Shown piece after piece: positions 11,963 to 25,894 of a stretch of 57,415 nt of DNA (within the stretch, counting starts at the first letter, position 1; every line of letters starts with the position of its first letter). A program made the translations under genes and the position numbers. The DNA lies in NCBI GenBank assembly GCA_025201805.1, contig MU619323.1:85716-143130 (forward strand), given 5' to 3'. This DNA is from Parasitella parasitica NRRL 2501 (lineage: Eukaryota; Fungi; Mucoromycota). The notes below the pieces were generated by a model. It did not search any database and had not been told where the DNA came from. It saw nothing but the letters and a program-made list of their open reading frames with translations.

Positions 11963-13429
11963 CTTATGCCATCAGTTTGATCTAGCGTCTTTTAGTGTAA
12001 GAGATCTTGTCAGACAAATGCCAAGCCTGATTTCTCTGTATCTAGTTGCGCAGCAGAACAGTTAGTCAAACTCGTGCCATTTTTTCCATAAACTTGAATT
12101 GTTCAAAAGTGTGCCTGTCTTTGCAAAGCCAGGGACATAGATTTGAAGTGCTTTATTTTTTTATTTTATTTTGTTTTGGTCTACGCAAACTTCAGTGTGT
12201 TATTGTCAGAAAAAAGATGAAAGCTGTAAAAAACAAAACAATGTTTAGCAATCTCAAACACAAAAACGAGCAATGCAAATATAAGGCACCATTTGATTAC
12301 ATATTTGCATAGCTTATAGCAAGTTTTTGTACTCTTTTAGTTTGACATCAAATGAAGGTAGCGACTTTTCTGACTTTTTTTCGAAAAAGTATTTTTCAAA
12401 ATCGGAGCGTGAGATCGTCAGGCCAGGTACAGACATGCAAGTACTACCATTAGAAAGCCAAGAAGCACATAATTTAAATAAACTAGGCCAAAATTGTTTT
12501 TCTCTTGAAATGAAAAAACTGTGGCTCCTCAAAGCTAATGCTTTCTTCAAAAAACGCACACTATCTTTCTTTGATAGCGGAGATTAAACGGATCCAAAAT
12601 CAGGAAGAAAAAGTTCTTTCAGAAACTCCATTTGGACATTTCGAAAATAAAATTACTTCTTTGAGGCAAATTATCATCTTTTGATACTATGCATACCACG
12701 GCTGTCAGTCTATGATAATAGCTGTATTTTTGGGCCCTCTACACGATGGTGTCATTTTCATAATCCCCGTATGCTTGTGGAAGAAGTTCTGCCAAGAAAA
12801 ACCCAAAAACGGATCAAGAAGAGAAAGTCAATATTTTGCTTAATTAGAGCGCATTTCCAGTCTTTCAGATCAAGGAATGGTCTTTTACGGTCATTTTCCA
12901 CCAATATATGCGATAGTAAAAAGTTGTATTTTTGAGGTCAAAATCGAGGATAATGCATAATCGATGATTTTGGATGGGTGGATACAAGGAAAAAATCGAA
13001 AAAATCCGCCATTTTGCATCGAAAAAAAAATCATACTCAAATTGCACCAAAACCATATATAATATAGTTCTTTCCCAATGGATACTATTTCTCGTGATTT
13101 CAGGGCACTTTTGTTTATAAGAATCAATCAAAAAATGGTATACGAAGCTAAAGTTGTTGCTTTTAAGCTGTAAAAAATATCCATCTGGCTATAATATTAC
13201 GTCAATATTAACTCTAGTATATGACACAGCTCTATAAAGTAAGCATTTTGATATCGCAAGTAAATCTTTGTTCATAGTAAAATGATCAAGCAGGTGTGGC
13301 CCATCGAGTTGCAAGCAGAAGAGGATAATTAATGGATACAATGCTTTGCGCCAGGGACATGTAACAACAATAACCTCAGGTAATATTTTTCAATATCTCT
13401 CGGGGATACGGTCTATTTTCTTCCAACTG

Positions 13430-14020
13430 TTCCGCCTAAACCTGTCCTTCTTGGAGCCTAATACCTGGGATGTCCTTCTAGATGAAACGTGTATCTTTCA
13501 TAAAAGCTGACATATAGTGTTTTCTTTGAATCAAAAAAAAAAAAAAAAAAAAAAATTAATTTCGACTTGCAGATCATTGTTTCCCGAGTCAAGTTGGGCA
13601 CGGTCGTCGCCCTTGTTAATATATTTTTTTATATGCCCTACGTAGTTGACCTGATGGCAGATTTCAACGTTGATGTGTGCATCATACTTTGCGGCCGAGT
13701 AAAGATTATGAGGCACAATCCACCTATTTTCAAAGATTTTTCTGCCATTGTCCCGCACCACAGTTTGTCCTGCCATTGCTCATCTTCTATAAGCGATCTT
13801 TCACCTTCATCAGGATTACCAAGAGAAGTTTCATTATTAAACGAAAAATGATAACATTTTGAGCACGACTCAATTTTCACGAATGGAGCGTCCGGATTCA
13901 ACAATCCACATGGGTCAAGTATCATTTTAGTAGTAATAGATTTGTATGCAGGAGGATGAGTAACAGGGTCATGAATCTCTGCGGAAACAGTGTCATTGAT
14001 ATCTTTGGGAATCCTTGGTT
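13430..14020 (-). mobile_element. Helitron Rep/helicase fragment (pseudogene)
   Basis: VSAEIHDPVTHP...MILDPCGLLNPDAP...CSKCY and NRWIVPHNLYSAAKYDAHINVEIC...KYINKGDDRA match the Helitron Rep region; the frame is broken. Confidence 0.88.
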
Positions 14021-14270
14021 TGTCATCCTCTTTGTCTGAATTAATTTCCTTTTTTGTCTGGTTTTTGACTTTGCTTTTTCCAAAATAGTGTATGCCGTAG
14101 CTCCCCCTTAAATCCATGTGTCAAGTATATGCATATGAAATATTTGTAACAATAGTTTATTTATTAATTTACTGGAAAAAAAAATTTTTTTTGGGAGGGG
14201 ATATATATGTATTTATCGACGGAAAGATAAGATAATAATAATAATACAAAACGCACACAATTTGTATTCA

Positions 14271-15146
14271 TCAAACTAGTTGATGTACAGATTTCTCATT
14301 ATAAGGTGGGCACCACGATGGAGGGAGATCTTGAAACATACAATTTACTTCTTTCTCATCTACAACGTGATGGTTGAAGTAAGCTGATTTTGGAGGCGGG
14401 ATAAAGCCTACATCATCTTCTGATGGAGATCGTCGGTTAAATTGGCGGCTCTTCAAGGCATTGAATCGGTCGTCAAACTCAATGTCAATAGCCTACGCAT
14501 GTATGCATGATTTAGTATGGTACAAATGACAAAATCTACGTTCTTACATAAATTGCCTTTAAGCCGGATAACGACTGTATTCTATACGGTGTTACATCAA
14601 GGCCGTTTTTAATGAACCGAAAGTTAATGCCACGAATATTCTCAGTCGCATTCAGCCGACTGCAAATTTCGAAAATGTTTTTTTCAAACTAGACGAGAAG
14701 GTGAGTGTTTTGGGTTGAATCAAAATTTGCTTGTTTATGTAATATGCTGTGTATATACCTTTGTCCTTCTGCTTCGATGTAGCCAAAGCATAAACAAGGA
14801 ACTGGTGATAATAAATGCCGGTAATGCCACCAAAACGTACGGATTGTTCAAGTGGATCCAGAGCAAGTAAAATGAGGTTGCTGCTGTCATCCACATGGTG
14901 AATAGCGTACCAAACCAAAATATTTTGGGCCCTGGCGGTGCTCTTAACCGTGCGGCTTGATTGAAAAGACCAACAATTGAATGAAAGTCATGGACTGTAA
15001 GCTAAACATGGTTTGAAATGAAATTGCGTAAATATACACATATATGGCGTCTGTGCTCATATGTAGTAGATACATACATTGTTTTGGAGGTCAAATGTAT
15101 ACTGATCGTCAAATTTTCTTCTAAACGATAGACGGACACTCTTCAT
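14271..15146 (-). CDS. Hypothetical two-TM membrane protein (4 exons), possibly distant Erf4/GOLGA7-like
   Basis: Splices cleanly to MKSVRLSFRRKFDDQYTFDLQNN-LTVHDFHSIVGLFNQAAR...two TM helices...FEKNIFEICSRLNATENIRGINFRF...AIDIEFDDRF...; the family assignment is speculative. Confidence 0.7.
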
Positions 15147-15410
15147 TGTTTTGTTTGATTTCGAGAGAGAAAAGGAAGGAGACGATGAAATAGAGATTCG
15201 AACGTAAAATATAAATGTGGAATGTTGATGTTTGCTGTGGGAGAAAATGGAAAAATGGAAAAGGGATACAGAAAAAGACGTATTCCTTGATCCCCCTTTT
15301 ATATGAAATTTCATTTCGAACAATGATGATTTGCTTTCCCGGTGATGTTGCAGAAGTTTGCAAAAGAAACCCTTTTATTGCCGTAATGTTTGCTAGTAAA
15401 TTTCGTTTTT

Positions 15411-15562
15411 TTAATCATCAACACGGCGGTGCGTATTGGACAGAACTCGATCCAGGTTGTAAGCAGCTATACAGAACAAAAATGTTAATTTTTTTTGCTC
15501 CATTACACAATTGACATTTTTATCCCCTCTCTCCCTCCATGTCCCCCTTTTCCTTTTGCCCC

Positions 15563-15628
<66 letters not shown>

Positions 15629-18069
15629 TTAAATATCCTGTTATACATTACCGCTGATAAATGACAGATGTGTAAATGCTTGAGGAAAGTTACCCAGCAA
15701 TTCACCAGATCTTGCGACTTCTTCAGAAAACAAACCGAGATGATTGCCGTAGGACAACATTTTCTCAAACATAACAACAGCACGAGTTAGTAGTCTTTTG
15801 TCGTATTGACCGGCTCTTGTTAAAGCCTCGACCAACCAAAAAGTACACATTGAGAAAGCACCTTCTAATCCACCTACGCCATCATCCGTAGTTAAAAAGT
15901 TGTATCTAAACACCAAATCATTTGCAACCAAACCACCCTTCTCAGGAGGCAGCAAAATGCGTTCGATGGTATTCAACAACCTGGGATCGGTTGGAGAAGA
16001 AAAGAAGACCAGAGGCATAATCAGCGTACTGGCGTCCAATGCATCCGGTGATTCAACACTCTGCGTAAAGATCTTGAGTTCTTTGTTGTAGCATTTAGTT
16101 TGAACAAGCTCGTAGATCTCGTCTCTTGTGGCCATCCATTTAGCACGGTTCGGGCATGGGAAGACTCTCTTGTCAGCCAAGCGTAGAGCTATACGTAAAT
16201 ATTATTATTAATATTGGTTTCAATCCCAATACTATTAAATTTACCTCTGTCTATCGCCACCCAACACATCACCAATGAATACGTAAATTGCTGCTTACGG
16301 CCACGTACCTCCCAAATGGACATGTCAGGAACATCCCAATTGTCACAAACATGGTCTGCAAGTTTGCGGACAGAGCACCACATATCGTATGAAATAGGCG
16401 ACCCATATTTGTTGTACAAGTAGATACCATCCATCAATTCACCATAAATATCCAACTGCAAGTGATCATAGGCACCATTACCCACTCGGACAGGACGCGA
16501 TTCCCGATAACCATCGAGATGATCAAGTTCATACTCGTCCAGTTTTTTAACGCCATCTATACTATACATGATGTTTAGTGAGCCGTCTTCGTTCAAATCG
16601 TTGCAGCGGTCTTCGACAAATTTCATGTATTGGCCAGCTTCATACGTAAATCCTAATCTGAGAAAGGCGTAGACAGTAAACGATGAATCACGCACCCATA
16701 CATAGCGATAATCCCAATTACGAGGCCCACCGATGGCTGTATGATCCCCCCCCCCGAGGCAAGTTAGTTTGTGTAGTTGTATTTTGCGATAAATATATAT
16801 TACCTTCTGGAATACCAAACGTGGGAGCAGCAATAACGGCACCAGTCTACTCAGATGGTTAGATTACATACAAATCTTGAAATAGATGCTTTTAAATGAA
16901 ATGCTTACTGGTTCATAAGTCAACAGTTTAAGTGCAAGAGCACTTCGCATGACATGTTCTCTCCAGCGGCCCTTGTAGGTGCTCTGTGTGACCCAATTCA
17001 GCCAAAATGTGCTTGTTTGTCTAAAAAGCGAATCCAGCAAGCTCATGGTAAGAGGAGGATCAGAGGCCAATCTTAATCTGCGGTCGGCCGCATCTTCCTG
17101 GGAGGGGTTGTGAGAAGCTTCGGACGTAGGCACCTCACGGAATACAAAAGACACCTCTTGCGTTTCTTGCAAATCAAAATTCGCGTACACACCAGGCCCC
17201 TTATGTCCAGAGTCCTCCTTGTCAATATGCACCTTGACCAAAGGGCACTCAAAATCGCCACATTTCACCAAATAACGCAGATCCATCGTCATGTCCTTGC
17301 TGGAAAAGACAACTCGCTCATTCGCAGTATAATAGTGCATGTCTTGTTCTGGATACAACTTGGCCTCGATGCCAGCCATCGTCTTTAGATCTTCGGACGT
17401 GGACTCTGTCAAGATTTGAGTTTCATGCTCATCCAATGCATAGTTGAAGGCGGGATAGCACTCCATCTTGAATTGGACTGTTCCGCGAATTACACGCACC
17501 TTTCTGATGAGCCACGGCAATAGAGGCTTTGTTGAATGGCGCTGTCCTTGGGCAGGCAAATGCATGTAATCTATGATTTCAGCTACACCTTCGTCGGACA
17601 TGAATCTTGTTGTCAGGATGTTGCTGTTTGGCAGATACATTTGCTTGTTGCTTGTATGAGGAGTTCGTGGAGAGATGCAAAAGTGGCCACCCTTGTCTTT
17701 GTCGAGCATGCGGCAGAACACAGAGGGAGAATCGAACTTGGGATAGCAGTAAAAGTCAATTGAGGCATCTGTGCCCACCAATGCCACGGTTCTCATATTG
17801 CCAATGATGCCGTAGTTTTCTACAGGCAAGTAGCCTCTCTGGCGGATGTTGCAACTTGTACTTTCAACATCTGCCTTGGGAAAATGGTCGGGATTGATGC
17901 TTTGACGGCGAGTATCAGCTACATAGCGGACGCCTGCTGGTAGTTCTTGACAAGGCTCTTCGCAATGCTCGATTTCAGACTCTAATTGAAGTCCGTAAGA
18001 TCGGTCGCGAGTGCTGGAAGCACTTGAGGGACGCTGGATTGGATCTGCGGATGTTGGAAATGAGGACAT
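15411..18069 (-). CDS. Glycoside hydrolase family 15, trehalase/glucoamylase-like (bacterial-type N-terminal domain)
   Basis: Motifs [13 protein letters not shown]...[77 protein letters not shown] and LGLFSEE...[10 protein letters not shown]. The last exon AYNLDRVL...DD* ends at 15411. Confidence 0.93.
15566..15627. repeat. Poly(T) tract of about 62 nt in the last GH15 intron
   Basis: Directly visible homopolymer. Confidence 0.9.
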
Positions 18070-18252
18070 TCTTTCTAACAAAATGCACAAAAAGAAAGAA
18101 AGAAATGTCTCTCTTTTTATATTGGGCATTTAGCCCCATAATTAAAAAACCAAAGATTAAAAACGTCATGTGTGTAATGCATTTTCATGCCAAGTTTTAC
18201 ATTTTTATTAACGCGGCGATATTTTTATCCCTTCTCTGCGCATGATGCTTGT

Positions 18253-19941
18253 TTACCCAGAGTATTTGCATGGGAGGATTTTACCGCTACATTCACCAAA
18301 GCCAATATTATAGCTTGAGCCGTCTGCTTGACCAGTGATTTTTACCTCATCGCCATCTTGCAAGAAAAATCTCTCAATACCATTTTCAAATGTAATTTTG
18401 TCTCTACCGCTCCATGTAACTTCTAATAATGAGCCATACGATCCCTTTTCCTACGTATCACGTGTGATGTTTAGTAGGAGACTAAAACTAATGATTACCA
18501 AAGCAAAAATAATAAAAACCAACTCACAGGTCCTGAAATGGTGCCAGTAGCACCCATATCGCCGGGTCGCATATTACATCCATTCACTGTATGGTGAGCC
18601 AACTGCTGTGTGATTGACCAGTACATATGCTTGAGATTGGAGACTGAAACTGTCTCGAACTTGGAGGATCCAGAAGCTATATTTATAAACGATTACTAAG
18701 AGCTTTGCATAACGTTTGTTTCTCTAGTGTATTTAGTGTACGTTACGTTTGATTTGTACTTGTAGCTCAATGTCATAAGCAGATGGCTTCTCTTCTTTGA
18801 GATAAGTCAATGGCTCTGGCGAGCTCTGATCAGGTCCGTTGATGAGGAATGGCTCGAGGGCATCCAATGTGACAATCCATGGTGAAATGGTTGTACCAAA
18901 GCTCTTTCCTAAAAAGGGTCCCAATGGCACATACTCCCATGCTTGAATATCGCGGGCTACAGGCAGACGATTAGAAAGTTTTTCATCTTTTAGAAATTCC
19001 TTTTGTGCATTTACCACTCCAGTCGTTGACTAGAACAAGACCAAAAATATGATCTTGCGCATTATGAATATCAATGCGTTCGCCCAACTCGTTCCCTGTG
19101 CCAACAAACCACCCAACTTCTAATTCAATATCCAGTCTCGTAGATGCTCCAAAGACGGGGGCCTTGGCGTCCTTTGAGGGAAGTTTTTGACCCGCGGGGC
19201 GGCGAATATCAGTACCAGAGACAACTACAGAAGAAGCACGGCCGTGATAACCAACAGGAATGTGAAGCCAATTGGGCTGGAGAGCATTGTCCTTACCGCG
19301 AAACATGATGCCAACATTGGTAGCATGGTCGCGAGAGCAATAAAAGTCGGTATAATCACTAATTTCCGTTGATCAATAGCCTGGCATCGCAAACTTGACT
19401 GGAAAAGAAAAAAAAAAAAAACTAACCCAATTTTAGCTGGTAAATGCATCTTGACGCTATCCAAGGAAATCAGTGCCTTTTGAACAAGTTCTGCATTGTC
19501 CTTCAGCTTGGTGTTGTTTTTGGATAAAATATCTTGAATAGCTGAGCGAGTTTTTCTCCATACAGGTCTTCCAAGAGACATAAAGGTGTTTAAACTCGAC
19601 TAATTTCAATACACCATTATTATAGATCATGCCTGTCTAAAAGTTGAAGCAGCCAACTTACCTCGCTGAAGATCTTGGTGGGATCGGTTAGCCCTTCGAT
19701 GTTGTCCAATAGACCAGCCTTGGAAATCTCAGAGAGATCAAGTACTCTATCACCAATAGCGGTACCAACACGAGGTTCAGGCTAAATACACACATGAATG
19801 CCATGCTTATAGCATTGTCTTTTCCTTTTATTTATGCATACATACCTTCTCAACTGTAGAAAATACACCAAATGGGATATTTTGAATAGGGAAATCAGAG
19901 GTCTTGGAAACAGACACAAAACTTTCGTTATAAGAAGACAT
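18253..19941 (-). CDS. fahA: Fumarylacetoacetase (tyrosine/homogentisate catabolism)
   Basis: Motifs [99 protein letters not shown] and GTISGP. Confidence 0.96.
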
Positions 19942-21892
19942 TTGTATATATTGATGATGAAATAAGATGCACATCACAAGTTGACGGAATCAACAAATCT
20001 TTTTATTCTTTGATTGCTGCACGGATCAGCTGACCGTGGTAGACTCTCTACGATGTGTAACGTGAAATCAGGGATTGCAAATGGTAAACCGTACTTAAGG
20101 ACGAGATGCCAAAGGTTCAACCTGCTTTATGTGTTTTAAAATGGTAAAAAAAAAACCACAAGATTTGAAATATAATGACCATAAAATTGCAGCGACATGT
20201 TTATTGCATAGATTAATACGGCTTTTCTCAATTATAAAGTCGCGTTGAAAAAGTAGTTTATGCATCGGTCAGAAGGAGTTTAAGGAACCCAGTTTTTAGT
20301 TGGTCGGTGAAACCATTTAATATGAGCACGTTTCATAGCCTACAATAGGTGCTCATGGCACTACCGTATATCTGTAGCTGCCTTGAAACCTTGCTTGAAT
20401 CGAGAATTTGCGTGATCTTTGACATTGACAACAATACAAATAGTCAAGTACTTGTCCACACACAAGCCTAGACAAAAGCCTTCCAACCAATGTCAAAATG
20501 GGCATATTCGAGTCTTCGGAAGCGGCTCCTGGTAACGACCTATGAACATTATATCACTTCTTGACCAACCGTACGCGTTATAAAGAAGCTGAAACTTATC
20601 ATGGAGAACTTCAAATACAAACAATCTAGCACCACCACCAAAATCAAATTAACCAACATTGAGGGAAAAGTACTCTGCAGATTAGTAAATCATGGCCAGA
20701 TTGACATGGACTCCATATTGTGATTGTCCACTTTTGACGAGGCTAAAGTTTATTATGGAAAAGTGTGTCATATCAAAATAGCTCATAGCTCATTGATCAA
20801 GCTGAGTACGTTGTGCTATCAAACATATTATTGTGATCAAGGTCGTTTCATGCGGTTCAAAAAGAGATTACCCAGAAATTGCTACCTAAAACTTTTTTTT
20901 TTTCTTTTGGTGTTCACTGTTCTTGAGACTTTTGGTTTACGTAATTGGAACTTGTTAATAGCTGACGATCCAGCAGTTATGTTTCAACTTGAAGATATTA
21001 TTGGCTGACAGACCAGCAGTAACCAGCACTTGGGTTGTTCAAGTCTTTACCTACAGCTTTTCATCGTAAACTGATCTGCTTATATTTAAAACGTAAATGA
21101 TATTATAATGAGATTCAGCTTATACCTTGCTTTGTCAATGGCATTGTTTTTGTTGCAGGCCAATTGCTTATTGACAGAGTAGCATCTTGCTCTGTAAAAG
21201 TTTCTCTCGGTATGCTCCGTTATTCTCTGTCATTCCAGCCGTTCAAGACCATCTGCAAAAAAACTATTACTCAACTCTCTTTGATAGAACAAAACGTTTA
21301 GTCAAGGGTCAGTTGAGAGAGCTTATGTACTATTCGAATTGATGTGATTGATGAATGATCTTCTTTACCTGATTTTTTTGCTAGTAATTTATTTCTGATA
21401 GATCAGATCCACTGTATTATTGGTCGTTTTACTATCTCCTCGTATACTAACATAAAATCAATGCATATATGTTACTGCAGTTGTCTATCAACCTACAATG
21501 TCGATCTCTTGACAATCTCCATGGATACTCCTATTGCTTGCAATAGTTTTTTTTTTNNNNNNNNNNNNNNNNNNNNNNNNNNNNNNNNNNNNNNNNNNNN
21601 NNNNNNNNNNNNNNNNNNNNNNNNNNNNNNNNNNNNNNNNNNNNNNNNNNNNNNNNNNNNNNNNNNNNNNNNNNNNNNNNNNNNNNNNNNNNNNNNNNNN
21701 NNNNNNNNNNNNNNNNNNNNNNNNNNNNNNNNNNNNNNNNNNNNNNNNNNNNNNNNNNNNNNNNNNNNNNNNNNNNNNNNNNNNNNNNNNNNNNNNNNNN
21801 NNNNNNNNNNNNNNNNNNNNNNNNNNNNNNNNNNNNNNNNNNNNNNNNNNNNNNNNNNNNNNNNNNNNNNNNNNNNNNNNNNNNNNNNNNNC

Positions 21893-22818
21893 TATCAGTA
21901 ATTCTATACAAATGGCACACCCACATTCAGCTCTACAGGTATATCAATTTCTTTCCATTCTGAATCAATTATGCCCCGATAAAGAGACATTTGATGGGAT
22001 ACTGCTTTCTCTTCATACACCTCGGTTTACACCCGTAGCCACGATTGCCGAACGATGGACACCCACCTTTCAAGCTCACATCCCTAATTTACTAAACAAT
22101 TTCCAGCAGCTAATGACCAGTGCAGCCCGATCACCAGAATACGATGCTTTAGTCATGAGCGTTGCAGAGCATTATAATCTACTTTACCGGGTGTCTTGCT
22201 TTTTAGAGAATGATTTGCAGTTGGAATTGTTTGTCAGGTGTCTCTGCTTGGATAGTGCCACGCCTGTAAAGAAAGATGAGGTCAAACAAACATTGATGCA
22301 GTTCTTTTACGAACTGCCAGGGGAATCACGAGAATACGTGCAGGAAATTGTTATCTCGGATTGCCATGGATACGTCAGTCGAGAGGATTGTATGGCGGAT
22401 GACGAGAGCACAAGGCAGCCCTTTAACGGCTTTTTGGATCTGGATAAAGTGTACCAAATAGTCGATGATCCGGATCTATTTGACCATTTAATGGCAATTA
22501 TTCAAACAAATACAGCAAGAGGGGTTGTGTGGTCTCAGACAATCCAGGAAATATATGAATTGGTTGCTGCAAAGGGCATTTGGGAGCAACTGGCGTCATT
22601 ATTGCAACAAGTACATGTGAAATCAGGTAAGAAACACTGCCTTGTAATTCACGCAACAAAATGCTGAACCGCAATGTACATATATAGAGGCAGCCAAATA
22701 TGACTCTTACGAGGATTATGTTCAAAAGAACTTTTTAGATGATGGGGGACATGAGTATCTGGATGCTGAAATTGACCGTGCTCAAGTAGAACACATGCTT
22801 GGGAACTTGAAAATGTAA
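21893..22818 (+). CDS. Hypothetical alpha-helical protein; 5' end may lie in or before the gap
   Basis: A long open frame follows the gap, then an intron (gtaag...atatag), then a final exon ...EHMLGNLKM* ending at 22818. No family recognised. Confidence 0.6.
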
Positions 22819-22926
22819 TTAGATGCATATTGTTTTGTTTTGGCTTCTTTTTGTAAATAAAGAATAAAGGGCTCATTTCACGACACATACTTGATTAAAA
22901 ATATAAAAAGATAATAATAATTTTAC

Positions 22927-25348
22927 TTAGTTAACATTAACACTGCTGCCAGCAAGGGGGCCTTGAGGCAAATCGACACTATAGTCCTTTGATTCTTCGC
23001 CATCCTGGGTGATGGTAAGCTTAACTTTGGTTAATAATTGGGTAGGATCCGATACTGTGACAGAGTACTCATCTTCATCGTCGTCAAGAGTGAAGAAGGT
23101 TAAAATGGGGCTGTCAGTCTTTACAGTAAGACCCCATGGAGTTTGGTAACTGCCTGCAGTCCAGAAAGCTAATGCGATAGTCTTTTCTTTAACATCGTAA
23201 GCGCCTCTTACCACGCCCAACTCGGCGTCGTCTTGGTGTGCAAACTGAACCAGTCGGTCGGGATGTTGGTTTCGCTTTTCATGAGTATTGAGTTGAGCAA
23301 TGTATGTAACAGGAGGCGTCTTGACCTTGTCGTTTTTATCATCTAGTAAGGTTTCGGGGGCGTGCTCAAGAGTGGCGGTAAAGATGGACTGTGTAGCATT
23401 GCCTGTGGAAATACCAATAGAAGCCCAGCCGTTGACAGAAGTTGGTTTCTTGGTGATCTTCAACTTGGGAGTAGTCTTGTTTTGGTTGACAACAGTGTAC
23501 AAAATGCGATTGTGCCAGAGATTGAGATGCTTGGTTTTAATAGACGAAAGCATTGAAGGCTGATCGTCCGACAGCATCTTGTTGTTGAGGTATACGGGTC
23601 CCTTCAGGTTGGATTGATCCAAAGTGGTGAGGATTTTAGCCTTTCCATTGTGATGGATAGGGCCAATTTGCACAGCATAAAATCCAGGGAAAAAGAAGAA
23701 TGTCTTTTCCCACTGAAGGCTTCCAGTCATTGGGTTCAGATATTGCATTACTGACATGCCACCCTTGTGTGAATAGCCCTTCTTGTTACGTGTAACAGAG
23801 CCAACGAATGTAGTGTTACCAGAGAACTGTGTGATATTACAGCCAAACGGTGTTGCATCGTAGTCTACTGTTGTGCCGGGGATCAGGTTCCAGTCATAGG
23901 CGCCGAAAACGTCAGAATATTCATCGCCATCAATGTAGGAGAAGATGGAGCCGTCGCTCAAATGGAAGCCAAAGGGGTTTTGATCGTTATTACATTCAGA
24001 GTTCGAGGTTCGGTTAGAGAACGACTTGAGGGTAGTGACATAATCGCGGCTTCGGTGAACGAGGTAGTCAGAAGTGTAGAAGCTGCGGGTGCCTCTGAAT
24101 TTACCTTGGCCCGAAATATTCTCCATGCGTTTTACAATCTTCTGGATCTTGCGAGCGTTTTCCCAACCCTCGGCTGCTTGTCCGATACGAGTGAGGTTGA
24201 GGTTAACACCTCCACTGGCTTGTTTGTCAGCAGCAGCGAATGAGACCATTCGGCCGATGGCACTGTATTCCCAGAGCAAAGTGTTGTTGAATGGGTTCAT
24301 GGTCTTGTTGTTGACAACCATCCACTCGGTACCATTGAGAAGGGTCAGGAAAGCGTCTTGTGAGTTTTGGGGAGGAGAGAATGAGGTGTTGCTAGTTTGT
24401 ATGTAGACTACGGCTACGTTGTTGATAAAGTCCTTTCCGTAGTTACCGTTGTATAACTGAGCAAAATGCTGCAAGTAAGAGCCGTCAGCCTTGATGCCGT
24501 CGACGCCAGTTTCTGGGGTAATGAGAGTTTGATTGTAGTAATAGTGTAGTGCTTCTTTGACGATGGTTGCATTGTCCTTCAAGAGACCAAGGTTCAGCAC
24601 AGCTGTTGCAGAGTCGAGCATGTTTGCACCTGTCATTCTGCCGACTCCCACAATCTCTGTATTGATGCGGTCGTACACACGCTGAGTGACCAGTGTGCAG
24701 TTTTCAAGCTGTGATTCTGTCAACTTGTCTTTGAGCAAGAGACAGGTGTTGGAGATGAATCTAGGCATCAAGATCATCTGATTATAACCATCAGTACGTC
24801 TATTTTGTAAACACTCATGTAATGCACGCTGCTATTATTACCTGGCCAAACCAATTTGTGTTCCAAAAGCCAGGTGTGTCACAGGGGCATTCGCCGCCTT
24901 CTACACCACCTTGATCCAGACATGCATCGGGCTTGTAGTTGTTATCAAACCAATAGTCCATTGCTTTGGAAATAGGAGCTAGCAAAGTCTTGCTGTTCTT
25001 GGGATCTGCTCGATACTGGCTAGCCATTGCAGCTACAGACGTTGTTAATTAGTAAATCACATTAGTATACATATTTCAAAAGATGGTCGTACCAATTCGT
25101 ATAAAATGCTGTTGGGCTGGCCAATTTGCTCTTCTTGCAGTGCAGCCAACGGTATAATCGACATCAGACCAGGTGCCTTGGTCGCTTGAAAAGGTCTCCA
25201 GCCATTTGGGAATTTGTTTGATATAAGTGCTGTAATCTTGAATAATGAAATCGACTTTTCGATCGTAGAGCGTCTTTAATTCCTCAGGTGAGGCGTATGT
25301 AACAACTGGTATAAGGGCCAGTGTTGAGATAATTTTCTTTAATTTCAT
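22927..25348 (-). CDS. Secreted polysaccharide lyase family 8 (hyaluronate/chondroitin/xanthan lyase fold), 3 exons
   Basis: Signal peptide MKLKKIISTLALIPVVTYA. PL8 motifs: NWFGQ, MTGAN, DGIKADGSYLQH...YNGNYGKDF (catalytic His/Tyr), IGRMVS, FHLSDG, DWNLIPGTT. Confidence 0.92.
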
Positions 25349-25894
25349 TTAGAGATTGTATAAAAAATGGGAAAGAAGGCTATTTATATATTCGTTTAGC
25401 TTATCTGGAAGGATCCCCTTAAATACGACTGAGGGGATCTTCTCTAAAGGAGGAAATGGGGGGGCTTGGAGGATTCTTTATTTCAGGAATAAATACACAA
25501 ACAAACAATGTGCCTTGGAATATAAAGACTTGTTCATTATATACCCGGAAAAACGTTTTGCGTAAAATTGAAAAACGATTTGTATATTAGATGCCAAGGG
25601 TACTTTTTGTTTTTTGTTTTTTTAGAAAAGAGATTCATTGTTGCAAAAACTTCTTTTGAGGGTATAGGGTGTTGTTTAATTACATGACATTTGACCTTAT
25701 TTCTTGTCTGTTTTTGAATGAGGCTCATTCCAAATGCAGCAAAAGGAAAGCTGGGTCTGATCACTTCTGATCTTACTGCATCAATGAAACATGTCAGTCT
25801 ACGAATCGCACACATGCATAACAAATCATTGTTACAGAGACCTTTATATATTATATTTTTATATATATATTTTTCTTTCATGCAAATTTTCTAG

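Noticed and set aside
20490-21300. Possible small gene or upstream exons of the 21.9-kb ORF
   Set aside because: I could not build a consistent spliced frame or recognise a motif.
23300-24406. Plus-strand ORFs opposite PL8 (and similar antisense ORFs over ITFG2 and GH15)
   Set aside because: Shadow ORFs caused by codon bias of the real genes.
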